64,000 bases of DNA, taken from the NCBI GenBank assembly GCA_963817895.1, contig CAWFQB010000001.1:512001-576000 (forward strand), read 5' to 3'. Below, one piece after another: positions 9,730 to 19,283 of the stretch. The notes beneath the pieces are model-generated. The model worked only from the letters and a program-made list of their open reading frames with translations, did not search any database and was not told the origin of the DNA. How positions within the stretch are numbered: the first letter of the stretch is position 1; every line of letters starts with the position of its first letter. This stretch comes from an uncultured Chthonomonadaceae bacterium. Its GTDB lineage: Bacteria; Armatimonadota; Chthonomonadetes; Chthonomonadales; Chthonomonadaceae. Position numbers and translations under genes: made by a program.

Positions 9730-10188
9730 TCAGGAAAACGGTATTTCCAGTTCCTGCGTGATTTCAGCAAGTGAGAGTCCACGCCGTTGAGCGAGTTCGG
9801 CAAGACATTGCCATCGTTTCGCGTTGGCGAGTTCGACTACATCTATAAGCCGGGTGAGAGTTTCCTGTTCTGCCTCCGTCAGTTCTCGTTGTTTTTGCAA
9901 AGTCAGCAAAGCATCGCGTTCCTGCCGTTCTTGCGGAGCAATCGGAGCATTGATGATTTGCAGCAGGCGCATGTCCGATTCGGGCAGCGCGTCATGGCGC
10001 AGTCCCTTACGGATACTATCAAGCAGGAACGCGGCAACTTCCTTGTCTTGTGTACGCGTTGCCTGTTGCACTTGCTCTTTCAGTTCCGCTACCTGCGCCT
10101 CCAGAGCAAGGCGTTCCAAACGCATCCGTTCTGTAGACTGTTCCAACCGGCGGTCGAACTCTTCACGGGTGATTGTCTCCAGTGTCAT
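9730..10188 (-). CDS. Hypothetical helical protein, probable HNH partner
   Basis: ELTEAEQETL...NAKRWQCLAELAQRRG motif; co-oriented directly upstream of the HNH gene. Confidence 0.65.
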   Translation of the reverse strand: MTLETITREEFDRRLEQSTERMRLERLALEAQVAELKEQVQQATRTQDKEVAAFLLDSIRKGLRHDALPESDMRLLQIINAPIAPQERQERDALLTLQKQRELTEAEQETLTRLIDVVELANAKRWQCLAELAQRRGLSLAEITQELEIPFS

Positions 10189-10567
10189 CAGGTTGGTTCC
10201 TCAAGGGTTCCGGGCTGTTCTTGGTCTGCGTTCGCCCAATCAATTTATCCAGCAAATCATAAATCGCCTCGCGTTGCTCCACAGTAATGGCTCCGATACG
10301 TCCGGCGATGGCCCGCCGATCCACAGCGCGAATTTGAAAGACCAGCGCGACAGAGGATTTATGCAGGCCGTTGTTCGCGTCAGGTTCTATCGTCAGTGTG
10401 CCAGCGAAGCGGGCGGCGACAGTCGCGCCCGTAAGCGGGACAACGATACTAAGCGGCAACTCTCCCGCATAGGTATCCTCTTGCAAGAGTATCGCGGGGC
10501 GGCGACCAGATTGCTCATGTCCGGCGCTCACCGGGAACTCTACCCAATAAATTTCACCGGGGTTCAT
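10163..10567 (-). CDS. PemK/MazF-family toxin
   Basis: GEIYWVEF...GHEQSGRRPAIL...NGLHKSSVALVFQIRAVD. Confidence 0.92.
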   Translation of the reverse strand: MNPGEIYWVEFPVSAGHEQSGRRPAILLQEDTYAGELPLSIVVPLTGATVAARFAGTLTIEPDANNGLHKSSVALVFQIRAVDRRAIAGRIGAITVEQREAIYDLLDKLIGRTQTKNSPEPLRNQPDDTGDNHP

Positions 10568-10794
10568 GCGAGGCTCTCCGGGTCACTGCCCTCTTCCGCT
10601 TCCCATTTCGCGATCAACTGCCACGCCTCTGCGCCGGCTCTGTCCCAAAAAGTAAATTCCTCGCGCAGTTCGGCTTGCGCCAGCGTAACTACAACGTCCG
10701 TGCCTTCCGGTAAAGTAACGCCGCCGTTCAGCACAACAACGCCATCTTTGAAGGTGCCATGAAGCGGCATTACTTCTTCTATTATTAAGGACAT
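10564..10794 (-). CDS. Probable antitoxin for MazF
   Basis: Small acidic protein (HGTFKDGVVVL...LPEGTDV); 4-nt overlap with mazF. Confidence 0.7.
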   Translation of the reverse strand: MSLIIEEVMPLHGTFKDGVVVLNGGVTLPEGTDVVVTLAQAELREEFTFWDRAGAEAWQLIAKWEAEEGSDPESLA

Positions 10795-11059
10795 AGGTTT
10801 AACCCTCCTTTGCTGTCCCGCCCTCTACTTCATTCGGCAACGTAAGAGTTTACTTCCGTCAGCAGATTCTGGAACGAATTTAATCAGGTGTTTGTTTCTC
10901 TCATTATACCATGCCTGGTAACATGTCCCCCAAACCGTCAGACTATTCAATGAGGTTTGCAAAGCGCAGAAGTTGAGGTTTGGACAGCAGGAATTCAGCG
11001 CGGCCTTGTAGAATCGTGGCGTTGTTGAGGCATCAGAACGGTTTTAGAAGGCAGGCGGA

Positions 11060-12634
11060 ATGACGGACACGAATACATTGATAGGCCATGTTCTGTTTAT
11101 GGATATTGTCGCCTTCACGCAGCGGGACGAGGCGGCGAAAGAGCGGCTTATTGGAACGCTCAAACACGCCGTCCGCGCCTCCGCCGCCTATCAAAACGCC
11201 CTTGCGCAACATACAGTTCTGGATAGCTTTACGGGCGACGGCATGGCGCTGATCTTTCTGGAAGACGAAACCTCGCCCCTGCGCTGCGCCCTCGACATTG
11301 CCCATTTCCTCCTCTCCCATCACGATCTGCCCCTGCGTTATGGTATTCACAGCGGCGCAATCAAACCCGAAACCAGCGTCGGCGGCATCCCCAACTACAT
11401 CGGAATCGGCGTGGATCGGGCGCAGCGCGTCATGGATTGCGCCCTGCCCGGTCAAATCCTCGTTGCGCGCGATACGGTTGACGGCTTTCCCGCGTATGCC
11501 CAATTCGGCGCGGGTCTTCACGACCTGGGCGAACGCAAAATCAAGCATGGGAACTGGATTGCCCTGTACGGCTACTACGATGGCGCCATCGGCCTGCCGC
11601 CCGTTCCCGAATCCGAGCCGCTGGAAACCCCGTCCGGGGCGGTTCCGCTGGAATCGAAATTCTACATCGAGCGGCCCTGTGACGAAACCCTGCGCCGCCA
11701 TCTCACACATTCCAGCAGTATCGTCGTCCTCTACGGCGCGCGACAGATGGGCAAAACATCGCTGCTGGCGCGGGGAATGGAGCAGGCGCGCGAACACAAC
11801 GCCACCCTGCTGTTCACCGATCTACAGGCGTTTGAGCGCGCCGCCTTCGAGTCGCCCAAAACCTTTTATCTAGCGGTCATGGAGGATATGGCGCGTCAGC
11901 TGCGCCTCAAAGTGGATTGGGAAACGGTCTGGAGCGAACGCAGCCGTCCCAACTTCAACTTTGAACAGTTCTTTCTGGAGGAGATACTCGACCGGGCGGA
12001 GGGATCGGTCGTATGGGGAATTGACGAAGCCGACAGGCTGTTCCACGTAGAGTTCGGGCAGGATGTTTTCGGGCTTCTGCGCACCTGGCACAACAACCGC
12101 GCCAACCGTCCGCGCGAAAAATGGCGGCAGCTCACCCTCCTTCTCGCCTGCGCCGCCGATGCCCGCCTCTTTTTGCCCGACGACAACCAATCGCCGTTCA
12201 ATGTCGGCGAGCGTATTCTGCTCCATGACTTTACGCGGGAACAGGCCACCGAACTCAACTGCCGCTATCAGTTGCCCCTGAAAACCGAGGCCGAGATCGA
12301 AGCCCTGCACCGTCTCACCAACGGGCATCCGTATCTCTTCAGGCGCGGCCTGCACGAAATACGCGCCGCTCCCCTGTCGCTGTCCCGCCTTGTGGCAACC
12401 GCCGCTACGGACGCCGGGCCTTATGGCGACCACCTGCGGCGTCTGCTGGCCCTGCTCCAGCGCGAACCGGAACTGAACCAGACAGTACAAAGTATGCTCA
12501 ATGGCGGTCGCTGTCCCGATGAACGCCTGTTCTATCGCCTGCGCAGTATCGGTGTTCTCGACGGCTTCAGTTGCCTTGATGCTCACCTGCGCTGCCCGCT
12601 TTATCGCGATTATTTTGCCTGCTGCCTTGCCTGA
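11060..12634 (+). CDS. Class III nucleotidyl-cyclase domain + AAA_35 NTPase
   Basis: LFMDIVAFT, TGDGMAL, LRYGIHSG and AQRVMD; then GAVPLESKFYIER, GARQMGKTSL, GIDEAD, SPFNVG, GHPYL. Confidence 0.88.
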   Translation: MTDTNTLIGHVLFMDIVAFTQRDEAAKERLIGTLKHAVRASAAYQNALAQHTVLDSFTGDGMALIFLEDETSPLRCALDIAHFLLSHHDLPLRYGIHSGAIKPETSVGGIPNYIGIGVDRAQRVMDCALPGQILVARDTVDGFPAYAQFGAGLHDLGERKIKHGNWIALYGYYDGAIGLPPVPESEPLETPSGAVPLESKFYIERPCDETLRRHLTHSSSIVVLYGARQMGKTSLLARGMEQAREHNATLLFTDLQAFERAAFESPKTFYLAVMEDMARQLRLKVDWETVWSERSRPNFNFEQFFLEEILDRAEGSVVWGIDEADRLFHVEFGQDVFGLLRTWHNNRANRPREKWRQLTLLLACAADARLFLPDDNQSPFNVGERILLHDFTREQATELNCRYQLPLKTEAEIEALHRLTNGHPYLFRRGLHEIRAAPLSLSRLVATAATDAGPYGDHLRRLLALLQREPELNQTVQSMLNGGRCPDERLFYRLRSIGVLDGFSCLDAHLRCPLYRDYFACCLA

Positions 12635-12732
12635 AAGCAACGCGAACAACCATAGTTATCAAATGAGTTATCAATGGGCGGCATTATCGCCTTTCCTGAT
12701 AGGCAGAGATTGAAAATCCCTGGCTGAACAAA

Positions 12733-12790
12733 GCAAGCGTCCCTCAGACGCAACCTTCTATCAAAATTCCCGCGTCTGAGGGACGCTTGC
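12733..12790. repeat. Perfect 19-bp inverted repeat (REP-like)
   Basis: GCAAGCGTCCCTCAGACGC (12733-12751) / GCGTCTGAGGGACGCTTGC (12772-12790); adjacent CCGGGTGTT...AACACCCGG hairpin. Confidence 0.8.
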
Positions 12791-12872
12791 ACTCTCCTGC
12801 CGGGTGTTTTCAACACCCGGCCTACCGGGATAGATTCTAAATTCTGCTCTGCGTTCTTCAAAGGAGGAGAGC

Positions 12873-14066
12873 ATGGCTTCCAAACAACCGGCGTCTGATG
12901 CGCCCGATTCCAAACGCCCGTCGCGTTCTCGCCTGCCTGCCGGGTCACGCCTTATCTGGAGTCTGGTATTTCTGGCGATTGTGGGCAGTGTCGGGGTTCG
13001 AATTCGTCATGCGCGGATGCAGGCTGCCGCCGCCGCCGTAAAGCCGTCTGTGGACATTCACGAAGCGCCCGCGTTATTAGAAGAGCGGCTGAAAACGGTT
13101 CCCCCGGCACTACAGGAACAGGCAACGCTCGGCTATGCGCGGGATGCAAGCGCGGCCCTGCGCTATGCCGCAATGGACGAACTGGCGAAACTGCGCTCGC
13201 CTGCCGCCGCGCAGGCAATGGAGCAGGCATTTACCGACTCGGACAGCGAAGTGCGCAAGCGAGCCATGGAAAACTTGATTCAAGCCGACAAACCGCGCGG
13301 ACTGCGCCTGCTGCTTGCCGGGCTGCATGATGGGGATTCGTGGATACGCGAGGATGCCGTTTCTCAACTCAATGGCCGTATCGAACGCAAAAACAGCGGC
13401 GTGGACAAACAGTTCGTCCCCATGCTGATGACGGCCATTACCGACACGAATGAGACTGTGGCCGCGACCGCCGTTCACGCGCTGAGTAAACTGACAGGCA
13501 ATCCCTGGCGGTTTTCCGTTCTGGATAAGGACGAGAAGCGCGGAATGGTGATTGCTAAATGGCAGCAGTGGTGGCAAAAATCAGGCGCGGGCTGGCCTGT
13601 CTCGCCGGAATGGGCCGATGTGCCGCCGCAGTTTCCCACGCGCGCCGATGCCGCGCCCGCCTTTGAAGTGGACGATACGCGCGGCAAAACCCTCCGCAGC
13701 GACGATCTGAAAGGCAAAATCACGCTAATCAATTTCTGGGGAACCTGGTGTCCGCCCTGCAAAATGGAGATTCCGGCTCTTGTCAAGATTGACCGGATGT
13801 ACCGGGATCGAAACGTTGCGGTTGTGGGTCTGACGGTCGGGGACAAAAGCGAAGCCGGCGTTGAAACCTGGTGCCGCGCGAATGGCGTTGAATATCGGCA
13901 GGCGCTGTCAACGGAGGAGGCGCGGCGGGCGTTCGGCGGCATGGAAGAGGTTCCCGTTTCGTTCCTGATAGACCCGCAGGGGCGAATCCGCTACCAGTGG
14001 GACGGGGAACGCGATTTCGGCACATTTCAGGCGGCTATCGAGCGGCTGCTGCATGAAAATAGTTGA
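12873..14066 (+). CDS. Membrane-anchored HEAT-repeat + TlpA/redoxin protein
   Basis: N-terminal TM; HEAT repeats (DSDSEVRKRA); LINFWGTWCPPCKMEIP. Confidence 0.85.
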   Translation: MASKQPASDAPDSKRPSRSRLPAGSRLIWSLVFLAIVGSVGVRIRHARMQAAAAAVKPSVDIHEAPALLEERLKTVPPALQEQATLGYARDASAALRYAAMDELAKLRSPAAAQAMEQAFTDSDSEVRKRAMENLIQADKPRGLRLLLAGLHDGDSWIREDAVSQLNGRIERKNSGVDKQFVPMLMTAITDTNETVAATAVHALSKLTGNPWRFSVLDKDEKRGMVIAKWQQWWQKSGAGWPVSPEWADVPPQFPTRADAAPAFEVDDTRGKTLRSDDLKGKITLINFWGTWCPPCKMEIPALVKIDRMYRDRNVAVVGLTVGDKSEAGVETWCRANGVEYRQALSTEEARRAFGGMEEVPVSFLIDPQGRIRYQWDGERDFGTFQAAIERLLHENS

Positions 14067-14138
14067 GGGTTGCAGCCTTTCCTGCGGGTGGACGCTCGAG
14101 TTGAGGGTTGAGGGTTGAACGGCATTGCGTCTGCTACT

Positions 14139-14795
14139 TCAATCCTCCAACGGCAAAATCCCCCGGCGAATGGCGTAGCGAACAAGATCGGTTTGCGAGT
14201 GCAGGTCTAATTTTTGCAGGATGCGGGCGCGATGCACCTCTACCGTGCGGGAACTGATGGACAGCTTCTCGGCAATCTGGCCGTTGGTCGCGCCCTCCGC
14301 CGCCAGTTGCAGCACTTCGCGCTCCCGGTTGGTCAGCGTGTCGTACACATCCAGCGTACCCGTCTGCGCCTGCTGCACATACGCTTCGATAGCCCGCTCG
14401 GAAAGCGGCGGGCATAGATACCGATGCCCGCCCGCTACCGTTCGCACGGCTTCGGCAAGCGTTTCCGCGCTGGCGCTTTTCAGGATATAGCCCGCCGCCC
14501 CGTTGCGCAGGGCTTCCAGAACGTAGGCTTCATTGGCATGCATCGAGAGTACCAGAACGCGGGTTTGCGGGACGCGCTGCCGCACCTGCCGCGTTACTTC
14601 CAACCCGTTCAATCCCGGCATCTGCACGTCCACAATCAAGACGTTCGGCTGTAGCCGCTCCACGAGGGCGCTCACCTGCAATCCCTCGGCAGCCTCGCCA
14701 ATGACCGTAAAATCCGGTTCGGTATTCAGCAGTGTCCGCAATCCCTGCCGCACCACATGATGATCTTCCGCCAGTACGAGGGTGATTTTATTCAT
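14139..14795 (-). CDS. NarL/LuxR-family response regulator
   Basis: EDHHVVRQG, VDVQMPG and LTNREREVL...TVEVHR HTH. Confidence 0.95.
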   Translation of the reverse strand: MNKITLVLAEDHHVVRQGLRTLLNTEPDFTVIGEAAEGLQVSALVERLQPNVLIVDVQMPGLNGLEVTRQVRQRVPQTRVLVLSMHANEAYVLEALRNGAAGYILKSASAETLAEAVRTVAGGHRYLCPPLSERAIEAYVQQAQTGTLDVYDTLTNREREVLQLAAEGATNGQIAEKLSISSRTVEVHRARILQKLDLHSQTDLVRYAIRRGILPLED

Positions 14796-16374
14796 GAGGG
14801 TGTTTTCCCAGCGGTAGTTCCGCCGTGATGCAGGTTCCCGTTTCCGGCGCGGGGGCGGTTGTGGATTCTATGGTCAGGCGTCCGCCCAATAGCGTTGCCC
14901 GCTCTTCCATGCCGAGCAACCCGCCCGTGCCGAAACTGCCCCGGATGCGGGGCGCGTCGAACCCGCAGCCCCTGTCCACAATCTGAACTCCAAGCAGACT
15001 GCGCGTGGCCCACAGACGGACGGTGACTTCGCCGATATGGGCATGGCGCGCCACATTGGTCAGGCCCTCCTGCGCGATACGATACGCGGCGGTTTCCACT
15101 TCTACGGGGAAACGCTGTTCCACGCCTGTATGTTCGCAGCAGACTTTTACGCCCGTCAGGGCGGAATAGCGCCCGAAATGCCACAGCAGAGTCGGCAGCA
15201 ATCCCAGATCGTCGAGCATGGCGGGGCGCAAATGCAGGGACAGGTCGCGCGCGTGGGTTATCAACTCGTTAATCAGGGCAAGCGCGTCGGTTAGATTTGC
15301 CTGCGAATTGGGCGGCGATTGCCGCGCGCTCATTTCCAGATTCAGTTTTAAGCCCGTGAGCGTCTGCCCGATCTCATCATGCAGTTCGCGCGCAATCTGC
15401 CGCCGTTCGGCCTCCTGCACCTGCACCAGTCGGCGCGACAGCAGTTGCAGGCGTTCCCGGCCTGCGCATACCTCCGCATACAACCGGGCATTCTCAACGA
15501 CCACGCCGATCTGCCTGCCAAGCGCGATCCAGAAGGCAGGGCCGTACCCGTCGCCCTCTCCGGCCTGCCGCCCGCCTATGTATAATGCGCCCTGAAGTTC
15601 TTCATTGGCGATCAGAGAAATGGCGGTTCCCTCCAGACTGCCGAATTTCCACGCGCCCGGTTGATGTTCAAAACTATCCACAGGCAATTCCGCCCACTCC
15701 CGCGCAAACGTTCCCGGCAATCCCCACGACGCTTTCAGGCTCAAATGAGAGTGTTCCTCATTTGCCACGAAAATCGCGCCACAGGCAATGTTCAGTCGGG
15801 ACATTAATTGCTGCTGAAGGCGTTCCAGAACCACGCGCATCTCCAGAGAAACGCTGACCGCGCTGGTAATGCTGTTGAGCGCGGCAAGTTCATCCTTTAC
15901 GACAGTTAATTCCTGCACAAGGTCCTGCGAACGCCGATCCGCCGCCCGTGTTCGCGCCTGCAAGCGTCCGCCCACGCCATTGATAAGCAGGGCGACAAGG
16001 ACAAACAGCAGCAGCGTAGGGGCGTCGCTACGATAAATCGTAAACGAATGAAAGGGCGGCAGGAAAAAGTAGTCGTAGCAGGCGACGGAAAGCAGCGTCG
16101 CGCAAATGCCGACATACAAATCTCCAATGCTTGTGCTGACAATCACGGCGATGAGGAAAAAGACGGACGAGGGAGATTTCTGCCCCATCCCCTCTTGCAG
16201 CAGACGGGTAGAAAGACAGGCAGCGGCAACGGCAAGCGTGGGAACCCCAAAACGCAACCCAAAGGCGCGCGAGAACGCAGGCGGCGCTTTTGGGGAGTGG
16301 GGATTGACTTTTGTGTTTATATCCAACGGCATCATCCCTGAATTTCTCGCCTTCCCTGTTCCGGGCGTTTTCAA
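14788..16374 (-). CDS. Sensor histidine kinase, DUF4118-like TM + GAF + HisKA_3 (start uncertain)
   Basis: YDYFFLPPFHSF (KdpD-type TM signature); ERRQIARELHDEIGQ; QEGLTNVARHA; DRGCGF. Confidence 0.9.
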   Translation of the reverse strand: MKTPGTGKARNSGMMPLDINTKVNPHSPKAPPAFSRAFGLRFGVPTLAVAAACLSTRLLQEGMGQKSPSSVFFLIAVIVSTSIGDLYVGICATLLSVACYDYFFLPPFHSFTIYRSDAPTLLLFVLVALLINGVGGRLQARTRAADRRSQDLVQELTVVKDELAALNSITSAVSVSLEMRVVLERLQQQLMSRLNIACGAIFVANEEHSHLSLKASWGLPGTFAREWAELPVDSFEHQPGAWKFGSLEGTAISLIANEELQGALYIGGRQAGEGDGYGPAFWIALGRQIGVVVENARLYAEVCAGRERLQLLSRRLVQVQEAERRQIARELHDEIGQTLTGLKLNLEMSARQSPPNSQANLTDALALINELITHARDLSLHLRPAMLDDLGLLPTLLWHFGRYSALTGVKVCCEHTGVEQRFPVEVETAAYRIAQEGLTNVARHAHIGEVTVRLWATRSLLGVQIVDRGCGFDAPRIRGSFGTGGLLGMEERATLLGGRLTIESTTAPAPETGTCITAELPLGKHPHE

Positions 16375-16631
16375 TATCCGGCAAACTGACTATACGCGCA
16401 TTGTCGCCAACCACCAACCACCAGCCGCCAATCACCAATGATAAGGGCAATCCGACAACAAAATACGTATTCGCCCTCATGCGCTTTCTATGCGAATGTG
16501 TTTCAATAGACAGGGACGTTTCTGCCTGTAACTTTGTTGCTGAGATACGTTCCGTCAACCGCAGCAATGCAGCCGTCGGTCGCTTCCTAGTTCCTCTGCC
16601 GAAAATGCGACGCGCTGCCCGGAGGTCATTC

Positions 16632-18758
16632 GTGTCGGATCGCCATCAAGAACCTGCCCCCTTCGCGCCCAGGCCCAGTGATCGCCTGCCCTTCACCAAG
16701 CGCTTTCGCCGCCTGCTGCTCGGCAGTCCCGTTTCCAGCGAAAATGCGGAGCATACCCTGCTGCCGAAGTTTCTTGCCCTGCCCGTTTTCGCCTCGGACG
16801 CCATCTCGTCCGTCGCTTATGCCACGCAGCAGATCATTCTCGCGCTTGGCGCGTCGGGCCTGTACCTGTCTCAATACGCGGATCAGTACCGTTTCAATAC
16901 GTTTCTGATTGCCGGACTGATCGTGTCCCTGCTGATCATTGTCGTGTTTTCCTACTGGCAGACCATCTTCGCCTATCCCAAAGGCGGCGGCTCTTACATC
17001 GTCACCAAAGACAATCTTGGCATCATGCCGGGACTGGTGGCCGGGGCCGCGCTGCTGATTGACTACGTTCTCACCGTGTCCGTTTCCATCGCGTCGGGTG
17101 TGCAGAATCTGGTCAGTATCCCATTTGCCAAACAGTGGAATCTGGATCAGCATCTGGTGGGCTGGTGTCTGATTTTCATCGGCCTGCTGACGCTGGTAAA
17201 CCTGCGCGGCCTGAAAGAGTCGGGCGCGTTGTTTGCCGTGTTCACGTATGGCTTTGTCGTGATGTGCGGCATTATGATTGTTATACCTATTATCGGCCCG
17301 TTTTTAGGCTGGAAACCGCATCTGGAAGAGATAAACGACGTTTACCAAAACTGGCCTATCGAGCAGGCGAAACACTCCGCGCAAACATTCGGCGCGCTCG
17401 TGCTGCTGCGCGCGTTCGCCAACGGCTGTTCGGCCATGACGGGAACCGAGGCTGTCAGCGACGGCATCCCCGCTTTTCAGGAACCCAAATCCAAAAACGC
17501 CGCCCTGACCCTGCTCAACATGGGGCTGATTCTTGGCACGATCTTTATGGGCGTGACGTGGCTTGCCATGCACTTTCATGTGGTCTACTGGGAAGCCGGG
17601 GGCAAAACCGCGCCCGCCGTAATTGACCAGATTTCCGGCGCCATTTTCGGCAAAACCGGGCCGTTCAGCTTCGCTTATCTTGTGACACAGTTCTTTACCG
17701 CTGCGGTTCTCGTCCTTGCCGCCAATACCGCGTATGCCGACTTTCCGCGGCTCTGCTCGTTCCTTGCCCGCGACCGCTTCGCGCCCAAGCAGTTCGCCAA
17801 TCTGGGCGACAAACTGGTTTTCAACAACGGCATTGTGATCCTCGGCCTTTTCGCGGCAGTTCTTATTTACGCGAAAAAGGGGCAGGTAGACGCCCTGATT
17901 CCCCTGTACGCGACGGGCGTTTTCACGGCCTTTACCCTGTCGCAGTCTTCGATGGTCATGCGCTGGCGGCGATTGCGGGGGCCGGGATGGTTTCGCAAAG
18001 CCTGTATCAACGGTTTCGGCGCGTGTACCACGTTTATTGTGCTGTTCTTTGTCGTGTGGGAGAAGTTCAAGGAGGGCGCGTGGATCGTGCTGATGCTGAT
18101 CGCCATTCTGGTCTTCGGCTTCCGCAAAATCCATGACCATTACGCCGACGCCGCCGGACAGTTGCGGCTGCCCGAAGCGCCCGAACCGGATACGCCCCTG
18201 CTAAACACGGTACTCGTGCTTGTGCCGGGATTGCATCGGGGTGTCCTGCCCGCCCTGAAATACGCGCGGCTTATCTCCCCGGACTGCCGCGCCGTGTACA
18301 TCGAAACCGACCCGGAACGCAGCCAGCAACTCAAATCAAAGTGGGAGGAGTGGAGTCACGGCGTTCCGCTTGTGATTCTCAATTCCACATACCGCTCGCT
18401 CATCAGCCCCATCATGCGCTATCTGGACGCGGTGCAGGCGGAGCGGCGCAGGCATCTCATCACGGTAATCGTGCCGGAATTCGTGCCGACACAGCGCTGG
18501 CATCAACTGCTGCACGGCAACAACGGCCTGCTGCTGAAATTCGCCCTGATGGGCCGCAAAGATGTGATCGTGACGAATGTGCGCTACTACCTACAGCATA
18601 CGGACGAGCCGCCCACGCAGGACGCGCTTGACGAAGAGGTCGCGTCTTTCGCGCCAATCGAACCTGTTGACCACGCGCAGGCGGAAACGCAACCTTCGGA
18701 AATAGCTCCCGTTTTGCTGGCGCAAGCCCCGCATGGAGACGAGGAACGTGATTATTGA
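16632..18758 (+). CDS. APC-family permease, KimA/YdaO-like (putative K+/H+ symporter)
   Basis: ALPVFASDAISSVAYA, AYPKGGGSY, LIDYVLTVSVS, GCSAMTGTEA; cytoplasmic tail WHQLLH; GGAGG RBS before GTG. Confidence 0.88.
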   Translation: MSDRHQEPAPFAPRPSDRLPFTKRFRRLLLGSPVSSENAEHTLLPKFLALPVFASDAISSVAYATQQIILALGASGLYLSQYADQYRFNTFLIAGLIVSLLIIVVFSYWQTIFAYPKGGGSYIVTKDNLGIMPGLVAGAALLIDYVLTVSVSIASGVQNLVSIPFAKQWNLDQHLVGWCLIFIGLLTLVNLRGLKESGALFAVFTYGFVVMCGIMIVIPIIGPFLGWKPHLEEINDVYQNWPIEQAKHSAQTFGALVLLRAFANGCSAMTGTEAVSDGIPAFQEPKSKNAALTLLNMGLILGTIFMGVTWLAMHFHVVYWEAGGKTAPAVIDQISGAIFGKTGPFSFAYLVTQFFTAAVLVLAANTAYADFPRLCSFLARDRFAPKQFANLGDKLVFNNGIVILGLFAAVLIYAKKGQVDALIPLYATGVFTAFTLSQSSMVMRWRRLRGPGWFRKACINGFGACTTFIVLFFVVWEKFKEGAWIVLMLIAILVFGFRKIHDHYADAAGQLRLPEAPEPDTPLLNTVLVLVPGLHRGVLPALKYARLISPDCRAVYIETDPERSQQLKSKWEEWSHGVPLVILNSTYRSLISPIMRYLDAVQAERRRHLITVIVPEFVPTQRWHQLLHGNNGLLLKFALMGRKDVIVTNVRYYLQHTDEPPTQDALDEEVASFAPIEPVDHAQAETQPSEIAPVLLAQAPHGDEERDY

Positions 18759-19116
18759 AACCGACCATGAGGTGATTTACATGTCCGGCGCCCTCCGCGC
18801 TAATCAGTGGCCCGCCATCAAAACAACAGCGTATCTCGTGTACGCGAGTTACCCGATGGGCGTGACGCTGGATTTTGGCGGCGTCCGGTGCGTATCCGTC
18901 GGGGGAGAAAGCACGTTTCTGGACGCGCTTGCGGATATTGAGCGCCATGAATTGCCCTTTGCGCTTTCCCGCGTCCCCCCGGAAGTGGCGGCGCGATTAC
19001 AGCAAAAGATGGGGAATTTTTCGGATTCGCGCCGCCCGGATGCGGGGGAGGAGAGCCGCATCCGGCAGGCCATCGGCTCTGAAACCTGGTGGCGGAAGTT
19101 GTGGGGCGCGACCTAA
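18733..19116 (+). CDS. STAS-like small protein
   Basis: IYMSGAL...VTLDFGGVRCVSVGG pattern; overlaps the end of the permease. Confidence 0.55.
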   Translation: METRNVIIETDHEVIYMSGALRANQWPAIKTTAYLVYASYPMGVTLDFGGVRCVSVGGESTFLDALADIERHELPFALSRVPPEVAARLQQKMGNFSDSRRPDAGEESRIRQAIGSETWWRKLWGAT

Positions 19117-19283
19117 TCTGAAAATACCGCATCGGCTCATTTTTGCAGAAATCGTAAGAAGGATACACTCTGCCCCTGTTAGCAATGAACTTTCCGCGCA
19201 TGGCGTGGAACTAATGAAGTGAACCGCGCGGTTTCAACCGGAAGCGCGGCTCTTGACAACATGTTCATTGACGAAAGAGGCAG

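Noticed and set aside
16375..16631. c-di-AMP (ydaO) riboswitch upstream of the KimA-like gene
   Set aside because: I could not find the conserved riboswitch motifs by eye; an Rfam scan would settle it.
16311..16631. 107-aa N-terminal extension of the permease in the ORF track
   Set aside because: It overlaps the divergent kinase start and a heptamer array; GGAGG + GTG at 16632 is a better start.
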